Assembly: GCA_028706105.1 (NCBI GenBank)
Contig: JAQWCF010000002.1
Span: 1-56,061, forward strand
From: Candidatus Margulisiibacteriota bacterium
GTDB lineage: Bacteria > Margulisbacteria > Riflemargulisbacteria > GWF2-35-9 > DYQY01
Direction of reading: 5' to 3'
DNA length: 56,061 nt
This document shows, in pieces, positions 20,101-32,100 of this stretch (its first letter is position 1; each line of letters starts with the position of its first letter). Made by a program: the position numbers and the translations under genes. The notes beneath the pieces were generated by a model. It worked only from the letters and a program-made list of their open reading frames with translations, did not search any database and was not told where the DNA came from.

Positions 20101-23100
20101 TTATGGAAGCCTGTTGGTTGGGTTGCTGATTCTGCAAAATTCCTTGGAGCCGATAGGATGAAAGGATTGCAATGGTTGTTTAAAGGCATTGATATGCTTA
20201 ACGAACAGGGTGCGTTATTAACATTAATGGAAGCAACCGGAGTTTCTGGCAAAGCGTCAGATAAGTGGGAGAATCTAACAAAAAAAGATGGTCAATATAA
20301 GTCAGGATATTTAGCACTGAGAGCCTTAGTCGATGTGGTAGGAACAATGAGTATTGTGGGAAATCGTGATTATGAAAAAGCACAGGTAACTGACCTGACA
20401 GACATGAGTAAATTCAGAGCAGCTAGATTAATATTTAATGGTAGTGTATTAAGAAGTTTGGGTGATACGGTTTTTAGTAAAGGAATAGATAGGCTTAATG
20501 CAAATGTCGTTTTGTATGCCCTAGATAAGTGGAAGCAAGAATTTATTGGCAATTACCCAAATGGCAAATTTAGGGACTATGTGAAGCAAATTTTTCATGA
20601 GTGTGCTGGGGATCCTGCTGTTGCAAGATATTTTGAAAGAATGAGTTATGATAGTTTTCAGGCAGAAACAGAGAAGTCTGTCACCGAAGTAACCATCAAA
20701 GCTGATGGTTCATTATCTTTTTATTGTGTATCTCCAGATGCTAAAAGAAATATTGATTTATCTAAATTGCAGGAAACATTAAAATTTAATGGTGTTTTGG
20801 ATGGAATTTCTGTTAAGAGTGTTTCTGAGGATGGAACAAGTATCAATCCAAAAGAAGTTAATATAGGTAAAATTATTATTGGGTCATCAATGGCAAATGA
20901 AAATAATGCTGTTTTTGTTTTAAGAAGCGATAATCCTTCGTTTAGTAAAGATAATTTAGAATTACATCTTTCAGTTGACTTGGCACGTGGATTAACATCA
21001 GGGGCTTCTTCATCTATGGCCTTTGAAAGATGTTTGAATGAGATAAAGTCTCGACCACTTCAGTTGGATGCAGGATTTAAAAGAAGTATTGCTAATTTTG
21101 GGACTGATGGAAATAGTGTTTCTAAAATGCAAGACTTTTATACGCTTGTAACAAACGATACTCTTATTGTAATAAATGAGGATGTTTTTAAGGCACTTAA
21201 CGGAAAGTTCTCTTTTCAAGAACTTTCAGTGTTTTTTAGGCTTATTAAAGAGCAACCAAATAATTGGAAAATGAATATTGATTCGGTCAATAATTATTTA
21301 GAGCAAGTTAGGTTTAGAGATGTTGTGCCTCCTGATTTTAGAAAGGCAGCTGATATAATTTTTGGTAAAGCAGAACAATTAGCAAGAGTTTTTTTAGAAC
21401 ATTCTGGAGGAATAAGAGGTTCTGTTTTTGATGAAAAATTTAATGAATTTTGGAAAAACAATGCTGAAGTTAAGTCAGCATTGGCATCGATTGGTAGTGA
21501 TTTAGATTCCTATCACGTTGATGGCGAAAAAAGAGAACGGCTAGAATCTTTCATCTCCGAAAAATCAAGAGACTATGCTAAAGGTGTTGTTCTTGCGAGA
21601 CAGTCACATGAAGACTTATGGTCTTTTATTGAGGGACAGAAAGCTTCCCTGAAGGAGAATGGAAATAGTGTTCTAAATCAGTTATTAGATAGTTGTAGAA
21701 ATATAGATGACTTTTATAAAGCTTGTAGTATTGGTGTAGAAGGGAAAGATTCGCGTAATAATCCTGACGCATATAAGGCAGCTCTTCAAATAATAATTGA
21801 TGCCCAAAGGGAAGATTGTGAAACAGCTTTTAATGCAGTAAAAGGAGCGAATGATGAAGAGGCAAAGAAGGCAGCAAAAGGGCAACCTCACAATAAAAGA
21901 GCAAGTATTGATGAATTCCAAAAAGCAAATGCTGATGGGAAACTAACTAGTAAGGTTTTGGGTATGTGGACTCTTTCTGTATTGAAGTCAGAAGGGTTTC
22001 GACCTATTGAAGGATCATTAGCAACATTAGCAATGCAAGCAAACAGTAAAGATATGTTTTTTAATATGAATGCTGGCGGAGGCAAGACTATTTTGATAAC
22101 AGGACTGGTCTTATTCCGTTATATGATGGGGTATCATGTGGTTGTAGGCGTTTCTAATGATGCAGATAAATCAGCTGGTGTTAAATCAACAACGAGAGTT
22201 TATGAAACTATGTTTGGTAAGCCTCCAGCTGTATATGAACGACCAATAGGAGCATATAATCCTGAGACGTTACGGGCTATGTTTGCAAAAAGTAGAGTGG
22301 TTTATGTGAACCATTCAGATTTTCTTTCTAGAGCATTGCAAGACATTATTAATCCAACAGAGAGAATTTTGCCAACCGATTCAAGCGATTCGATGGTGTA
22401 TATATTAGATGAAGCAGACAAAAATTTGTTAATAGATGGAACGAATCCTACCATTATGAGTACTTCAAATAATGAGATATTAAAAGGTATTGATAAGGAC
22501 CAGTATGTTGTGGCGGTAAGGGTAATGGATGCTTTTATTAAAAACAATGCTAAGAAAGAAGGCGAATTAGTTTTTAGAGTAGGAGACCAATTTTTTCTAA
22601 CAGAAAAGGGCACATTAGAATTTAAAAGAATGTTAGCTATTGATATTTTAAAAGTAAGTATGTCAAAAATCGTATTCTCTGATAATTTACCATCAGTTAG
22701 AGAAATTCAATCTAGAATAGATAAAATAAAGCTAGCAAGTAATGCCAGAGAAATAAGTTTACAGCTTAATTCTAGTGAAAACTTAATGTATGAGCGAGTG
22801 GCATTTATGGCAAACGATGTTTTAGACGTAACTAAAACTTTTATTTGTGGTGAACAGTATGATGTTGTTAAAGGGAAGGTGAAATTGTTAGACCAAGGAA
22901 TGAGAAGGTTTAATTGGAGTAGTGTACAACAGAAATATCATCAAATAGTAGAAGCATATCATTTGAGTGGATCTGGTCCGAGACGTAATGATGGTTCTAT
23001 TTCTCATATTTCAAGACCATCCTTTAGTAGTATAAGTTTAACCACACAGAAATTTCAGAAAGATGTTATTAATGCAATATTGGGTTTGTCAGGAACCAAT

Positions 23101-26100
23101 TTGGAGATGCATAGAGAGATAGAACGATTAATGATAGAACATATCCCTGCAAAGGACATTGCACCACAGACGCTTAAGTTCGCTCCGCAGATTTCGGTAA
23201 ATGGATTAGAAGCACAAAAACAGAATGTACTTTTTTTAGCTGCTAGCAAGATGGCAGAAGGAGCTCCTATTTTACTCCATATACCAAAGAAAAAGTCAGG
23301 AAAGTCAGGATTGGAGGCGGAACTAACCATACAAGTGTTTGAAGAGTATACTAAAGATTTTTTTGATTTTTTAGATAAGAAAATTAAGGATAATAATTAT
23401 TCGGACAAACAATTTGATGCTATTTATCAAAGATTAGGAGGTGGTGAGTATTTAGTTAAATATCAAGCCATTTTAGATTTTAATGCTTTAGTTGGTCGTT
23501 TTTTCGGATCCACTAAGTCAAGTTCAGGAATAGGCATTGATCATGTTTTTGAAGGAACAGCAGATGATCTTGAAAAACAAAGAATAGATTATTTTGGGGA
23601 TGGAACAATTAGGGTATTAATGAGTACAAATAGTAACAGGGCTGTTGATATCCAACCTACCTCTGAGTTTTTTAAAGAATCTTGGAAGAAAATGATTAGT
23701 GATAAAGCAAAGCCAGAAGCCAAAAAGAGACTTGAGGCATTGGCTAAGTATCTAAACATTGGGGTAGACGAATTAAAAGGATATAAGGCACATGATGCTC
23801 TTATACTATTGCGACGCAAATCTGGATATTCCAATATTGGCATGGTTGGTGTAATGACACAACTGAAAAGAGACAGTGTTGAATGGATACAAGAGATTTT
23901 TCGTTTAGGCCGAACACTAGGTTTAGGTAGGTCAGAAGGAGCAGTTTATGGCGTTACTAATATTTGGGATAATAATCTTTCAAAAAGACCTGAATTACAA
24001 GCATTAGTTCGAGATAATTGTTTTACTGAGGAGGGCATTTCAGCCTTAATGGATGTTCCTTTTTATCCTCTTAATTCTATGTTGCAGATAGATAATATAG
24101 GCAAGTATCTTGTGGCTATTCCAGAGGATAAAGAGGCGATAGATGCTATTACTAAATTTGCGTATGGTATATTAAAAGAATTTCATGATTTAAGTTTAAA
24201 ATCAGACTTGTCGGCGGTTGAAAAGAAACGGTTAAGCCAAATAAAGTCAAATTATCGCGGGCTTGTGTCTTTAACTAAGAATATACCTGAGTTGTTTGCA
24301 AAAAGAGAATACAGTTTACCTGGAAATTTAGCGGATATTACAGATGAAGGTTTAAGAATAGCAATTTCTGTTGGTATTTTCCGCGACATGACGGGTAACG
24401 AAGTAGGTTCGATTTGTTCTGAACTAGCAAAGAGCCATAACCCATCTAAGGGCAAGGAGTCTATAGATTGGAAAGCAGCAGAAGGCAGAATCTATAATTA
24501 TCGAGTAGCTACTGACCTAGTGTTAGTCGGGATTATTAAACAAAACGACGTTTCAGATTTTATTAAGGATGGCTTTGAGAATAATAAGTTTATTCATCTA
24601 AAACAAAGTGTTTCTATGTTTAATAAAGTTAGAGGTTCTTTAGAAAAAACTAATCGTGATAACATGGAGTCTTCAAAAGCTTCTCAAGGTAAAACATTAG
24701 AAAGGCAATCACCACTAAGATTGCTACAAGATCTTCTTGGTAAGTCTCAAGGTGATGGTAAACGTAGTTTTCGTTTGGGTTATAGGGCAACTGATATTGA
24801 ATATATTTCACGAGATTTTTCACAATTAAATCAAGTTAAGGATATCCCAACAATGTTGACAATGTTTTTTGAAAGAGCATTAGAAGTAAATTCAAAACAG
24901 TTTTGTGTATCACAGGGGATTAGCTCGTTAGATGAATTAATGGTTAAGATGATTACTAACAAATCAGTAAGAAGAAAGTATGAAAGTTATATTAATAGCA
25001 AAATGGGATTTAATGTTGAATATGTTAGTGGTGTTAGAGAGTGGGATATTTTTAAGTCAGGAGTATCAAAGAGTTTTTATGGTTTAGCATCAGACCCTAA
25101 AATGCCAAAAGATAGACAAGCAGCAGCAGCAACTCTTATTTCCCAACGTTTAGCATTAGTTAACGTTTATCTTTCTGAGGCAGAAAAGTATATTGAGCAT
25201 TTGACAGCTACTACGATGGTTATTGGCTCTGATGTCAATTATGAAAGTTTGTGGCAGAGCATGCAAGAAGGATTAATAGACAAAATGGCGATTGATATGT
25301 TTTCTGATGGTAGTAGGCCAAAAACCATCCTTAAAAAAACAGTAAAAAACGTAGCTGATTTCTTTTATTTTAAGTTTATTTATGATGTAGATTTAAAGGT
25401 GGAAAAACATAGGGCTGAACACCAGGAAGCGATAAATGAGGTTAATTATAAAAGCTGGAATAGACTTTCTGATACATTATTTGGATGGAAAGCATCTCGC
25501 GCATTAAAGGGGAATGATAATTATAAAAATAATCCAGAAGAAAAAGTACAATATCAGTTAAAAAATTTAATTCTTAGATGTAATAGGGAAAATAGAGACC
25601 CTTCTGATGATGAATTAAAACTTATTTTTGGTGAAAAGTTTAGTATAAGTGCTAATTATCTTCAGGCAAATGATTTTGGTGCAATAATGCCGCAAGACGT
25701 GTTAGCCAAGTTTGGTTTAAATCGAATAGTCAACTCTCAAGCAATAGCATTGTTTTTTGAACAATTTACGATAACATCTCAGGGATATTATTGGATAGAT
25801 GCTGAAAAGGTTAATGATTTTATTGCTTGGTTGGATAATTCAAAAACCGTTAAAGATGCAGAAACTATAAAGAAGTTTGAAACATTAGCTAATCTTCTTC
25901 TCCAAAAGAAACCAGTTAAGAGTAAAGGAGTGCCAGAAGGTACTTATATAGAATTAAGCGCAACTGACAAAAAATCATTACAAATTAAATTGGGAGAAAT
26001 AAGAGATAATCAACCAGATGCTTTAAAAGTCGAATATGAATATTTAAGACAAGAGGGGTACATCGATGCTCAGGGAAGAATCCTAAAGGGAACTGAGGTT

Positions 26101-29100
26101 ATAAGTAAAGATGAAAACATTACAGCAGCAACAAGGAACAAATTAACTACTGCTGTTGAAAAAATTACATCTACAATAAATCAAATAAATCAAAAGCTTA
26201 TTTCAGATGGTAATCCATCCGGAAAAAGTATTTTAATATATGATGGGTCTTATAAGTTTGCAGAAGTTATATCAGTAGATGAACAGAAAGATCATAGGGT
26301 TATTAGAATTGGTAGAGTTTGGGGTGGAGGGCAAACAGATTATTTGGGGTTAATTTATCATAAGCAAGGTAATAGATTTGCCTTTGGAAGCGAAACAAGC
26401 TCAAAGTACGAGATTATTGTTGCAGAGAGTAAGCTACAGGAAAGTTTTATGGACCTTTTTGAAAAGGCGATTTCTCAGAAAAGTGACAATAACGGTGATC
26501 ATGCAAGGATGTTTTTGCAGTCTATTGATATATCAATAGAAAAAATGAAAGGCTTAACGGGGTTTCCTTCTTTTTTTAATTATAAGGTTCTTGGTCAGAG
26601 GTTAGGGATAAAAAGTGAAGATGAACAAATAAAAAAATATCAGGACTGGAGAAGGTTGGGGTATGTCGATAGTAATGGGAAGTTAACAGAGAAGTTTATG
26701 TATTTGACAAAAGAAGATCTCTCTACGGAACAAGAGAGAGAGTTTCAGTCTAAGGCATTAACATTGTTTGATTTGTCAGGGAAAGCATTACAAATGCTTT
26801 CTGAATTTGTAAGAATACATGAAACCAGCCATATGCGTGACTTTAAAGATAATATGCTTGCAGACATGCCAGAAGGTATAAGGAAAGATCCTTTTGTTGA
26901 TATGTTGTTAGAATTTAGTGCTGATTTTGGTAAAGATGGAATCATTGAAAAAATAATAGCTATGGATGGAAATAGAGCTCAATCAAAAGCTATTTTTCAG
27001 TATTTGCTTTTTAGATTATCAGCTTCCCAAGACCCTACTGATAAAGAAATGTATCAAGTATTAAAGAGTTGTGTGGGAAGTAAAGGAGAGCTTGATATCC
27101 CTAAATTAAATACATTATCAAAGAGAATAACCAAGCACGTTAACAGTACTTTTGAAGCGTTAAAACAAAATAGTAGTGAGTATAACCTGGCTAATTCTGT
27201 TAGAGATCAACAATCTCGTTTTAGTGTTTTTCTAGGGGAAATATCATTTGTCAAAAAATCTGAAGTATCTGGTGCTGACAGTAAATCTCCTGAAGGCGTA
27301 TCCTACATGAAAGCAACAGCTTTGCCAGAAAAGGGTACACCTGCGCAAAGAAACCAATCTGACACTCAGCCAGATGCTACTAAATATAAAGATGTGGAGT
27401 ATATATCAACGCCTCATACTGAAGGCGATTACAAGCGAGCTGTTCTTGCAATTTCAGATTTGGGCCAAGAGAATCCAAATCAGGTTTTTGAGGTTAAGAG
27501 CTCAACAAAAGTTCAGATAATATTTACTGCTGAAGATGCAAAAACAGTGCAAACAGAAAGATTAGTTATCGAAGGTTTTGGTGATGAGCTTGGTAAGGCT
27601 ATTGCAACAGGAAGACAAGATTTAAGCAAAAAGCAACAAATGAATCTATATTCGTATATTTTACAACAAATTAGAAACACAACTGAACTTTCAGATGAGT
27701 CTGCTAAACAACAAGCAAATTCTATGTTGAAAAGTTCTTTAGATAGTATTCAGCCGGGATTAGGTGACAAGTTTGAGAAAGCATATCCTTCTTTTAAAAA
27801 TTGTTTTGATGCTTATTCAAGGATTATTAGTGCAACCCAACAGCAGCTGGACAACGGGAGTGATAAACAAAAGGTTAATCTTAGGAAATCTCCAAGTGGT
27901 GTTGTGATTTCTATGGTTGATAGGGCTATCAATGACAGCAACGCAACAAAAGATGGTGGCAGTTTAACTAGCGAACAACCTTTTTATGTTATTAGAGGGT
28001 CATCCGCAGAAGTTATAGTTAGGATGGGTTTAATGCCTATGTTTTTTGGTGGAGAAAAGTATGCTGGTAAAGTAGGTAGTGTTGAGTTCCAGCATCAGTC
28101 TTGGGGTGCGAATGCTACTTATCAGGACGAACAGCTGTTAATGAGAATGGAAGATGAAGATGCTTTATCCTTAAAGGGTAAGGGGTTTGGTCTAATGATG
28201 TTTGCAGCTGACGCAGTTGATGAGGGGCAGTTGGCAGGTAAGCCAATGGGCTTTTCTGCTGTTATACAAAAAGATAATAATGGGAAAATGCACTTTTTAG
28301 ATGGACAGATAGTCTCTAAATTACAAGATGATATTTATTCAAAAGTACGTGGTGGATCTGCCACATCGATTACAGATGAGTTAATAGAGAAAGCTGTTAA
28401 AGATACTAATATCCCTAAAGAGCAAAAGAGTGCCTATTATGAGTTTATGAAGACAACATTAGATAGAGATGTTGTTTTTGTTAGACGTGCTTTTGATGAG
28501 CTTGGATGGGTTATGACTGAGGACATGATGAAAAATTATTTTAGTTCAAGAGGTGACAGTTTAGGTGATATTTTTAGAAATGACGGGACAATGGATCCTC
28601 AGAAGTTAAAAGAACATGCAGAAGGTTTAAAAAACACTTTGCTTGCTGGGATGACAGAAAGTCAAAAAAGCAAATTAAAGGGTCAAGGATTAACTATTAA
28701 TCAACAGCTTGAAAGAATGCTTTATCCTGGTGAACGTTCAAGTAGAATAGCAACAGATGTTTTAGAGAATAGTACTCAATTTCTAATGGTACTGGCTGTA
28801 GCCGCAGTAATACAATTTACTAATGCAAAAATGAAAAATGAAAAATTTGATATAGAGTCTGTAGTAAATTTGGCTTTTAATGAATTAACAGTTACTGCTG
28901 CTTTAATGAAAAGAATGATGATAGAACGAGGTCTTGGAGTTTTGTACCATGGAGAAGGTGTGACTTCCATGACGATATCTGTAATGGTTTCTAGACTTGA
29001 TACTTATTGTAGGGCCAGGACAGAAGCAATTCATCAAATGGCAGAGTTTAATTTTGTAAGACAAACAGAAAGAGAACAACAGAACAGCTTTAATGATTTG

Positions 29101-32100
29101 TTGAACACTAATGTTGAACAAGAAGTAGCTTCTGTGCAAGTCGTAGGCAGTGATGTGCAGAGTAACTTAGGTATTTCTTTTACCTACAAAGATAATGTGC
29201 TATCAGGGGAAGGCGTAAATCAGTTATTACAAAACTTACAGTATCCTGGTGATTATTTTATAACCGATAGCACTTTCGATGTGTTAAATAACTTATCTTT
29301 TAAGGCACTAGCTGTAGAGTATTTTAAAAATACTGGATGCTTGGTTTTGGGCCCAATGAGTGGTGGTTCTGACGTTAAATATTTTGTTTCAGAAAAATTT
29401 ATAAATATGATGAATTATCACCCTGATGAAATTATGTCTGGGTTGGTGAAATTAATGAAAGATTTTGTAGTAGGTATGGATAAAGAAAAAACTATTATAA
29501 AAATTAAAGAGTTGGGCGTGGATGTTGAAGCTATGGGTTTGCAAGATAAGAACGAAACAGAGTTGCGTCAACTATTAGTACAAATCTTGGTTTCATCTAT
29601 AGTTCGTAAAATGAAAGGATCCTTTGATGTAAGATATGCCTTAAAAGAACAACTAAAGAGAGTTTGGGTGGAGAGTATTATTCGTGATGGGTACATTAAA
29701 GAATATAAGTTAGCTGATAGCGACATTACGGAAAAAGGTCAATATAAACCGTCTTTTCTTCAGGAGATGCATTCTGTTTTAGAGAGCAAGGGTCAAGATC
29801 TTTTGAGTAGCATGCTTAGTGACGTCAAGAAAGAGTATCCAGATTTTGACTCGATACAGTCTCATTATTTTAGTAGTTTAGTTCTTTTATATGATGAAAG
29901 GGATATGCAAATATTTAATGAGTTTCTTCTTCAGAATAAGATTGAATTAACCTCGGAACAATTGGATAAGTTGAAAATCATTAAAGATTCTTATTCAGAC
30001 TTAATGTCTAAATTAGGGACTATTTTGAAAAGTTATAAAAACAAGAACTGGGATAATCGGGAAATGGATATGTTGTTGTTTGAAATTGACCAAGCATTAG
30101 TGTCAACATTTCCAAAACTTAGTGAGTTTATAAAGTTTGCTGATTTGGTGGAGTTAACTAGGGCTGAATTATTGAGAGATAGAATGGTAAGTGTTGATTT
30201 TAATAAAGCGTTCCCTTATTTGTCAGTTAATAGTAACGAGTTTTCTGCGTTAACAGTTAAATATGTTAATGATGCTTTAAATAAATCTATAACAGAAAAC
30301 AGAGTTGGTGTTTCTGATGTTTATAGCTTTATGTTTTCTGATAATGATAAATTAAAACCTAATTATTCTGTTATTTTTGAAGCTATTGAAGTAGACGGGA
30401 AAATGTGTTTTAAGCTGAAGGACGGAGTAGATGAAAAGAAACTTAATAAGTTTTTGCAGGAACAACAAAACAATTTTTTTGACTCAAGACAGTTTGTTTT
30501 ATTACGAGATTTAGCCATCACTTCTTTATCTGTAAGTAATTTAGAAAAAGTACAAACAATTCTTCAAGGAACAGAAAAGGATTACGAGTCTTATTCTAAA
30601 GTTCTATATAATAATAAAGATTTATTGGGAGATGTTTTTGGGTTTTATTCAACGGAAGATCTTTTTGTTAGTCAGTTTAAGTTTGAAGTTGCAGGGGATA
30701 AGGCTTCAAAGGGATTGATGGAAAACACTAAAGCTAAGGATGGGATGCCAGCCCCAAAAAGACATTTGATTGTTTTTAGAGAACAAGTTTCTGATTATGC
30801 AAATGACAATAAAATTCCTTTACTAGAACAAGCAGAGGCTGGAAATCCAGGTCTTGGTACTGCGAAGGGAACAGCCGGAGGCATTATAGGTCTTGCAACA
30901 TTTAAATATGCTCATGGATTCCTTGAAGGACGTGCGATTAGAAAATGGGGTCAATATGATAAAGCAAATTATAATAATAAGTTTACTAGGATTTTCAATA
31001 AAGAAGGTCTTAGAATGCCAAAAATATGTGGGCATACGGCTAAAACACATTTTGCTCCAATGGGACTTGCTTCTTTGGCATATATTATGGTGAGTCAACA
31101 TTTTTTTAACATAGCCTATGAAAAAAGTGGTGCTGTTAGATTTGTTGTTGATAACTCTATCGATCCATTTTATGAATCTCTCGCTCCACTAAAATTTTTG
31201 ACGCCAAGTATTTGGCTTAGGTATCTTAATGATGCTCAACGTAATTGGTCAGGTTTTGACCCTATTGGGTTTTCAGGTTTAAAGAGTTCAGATTCCTCAT
31301 TTAATAGGACGGTTGGCACTGTTGGTAGTTTGGCTGTGGATGTTGGGTTAATGAAATTGGATGTGGAAATGGCGAAACTTGTTCACAGAAGAGCTGTGAA
31401 AGCTGGATGGGCTCAGGCGCCTCTTGACGCGGATAATTTACTGACACCTTATCAACGAGCAATAAATGAAGGAGCTGAAGATTTAATTAGTCGTAGAGGA
31501 GTTATGATTAATAATTCCGACCTTAGTAAGGTTAAGTTAGCTAGAGTTCCAAGGGGAGTGAAGTCAGTAGTAGATTCTTTAAGTCCGCATTGTCAAAGCA
31601 TAAGTTCTATCGAAGGTTCAGATGACCTATTAGTAAAACTTAAGGACGGTAAAATGCAAAGGCTTACCTATAAACAAGCGGAGAAGTTATCAGCGGATTT
31701 ATCAAGAAGAGCAACAGGTCTTTCAGTGACAATGAATGCAAGGGATATTGTCAGAGAAGCTTCTTCAGGGATTTTTCTTGATTTTAAACCTTTAGCTGGG
31801 GATATGGTTGAATTTACTACTGTAGGTGGTAAGAAGTTAGTTGTTGGTAAGGCATCTATGGACCAAGCACTTAAAGACGGAAAGGGTGATTTGTATAAGT
31901 TTTTGTTTACTGATGATGCAACTGGGCAATTTAAAATAAGAGGTAATAGGCTAATGCAGATTTATGCTGCATTATCTGTAGTAAATATTCTTATTAATGG
32001 CGCGCGTGATGGTATCAGTATGGATGATGTTGCTCAGGCGTTAGTGACTGCTGGCAAACAGACAGGTTCCGTTGCGGCAATTGGTTTACTTGAGGGTGTA

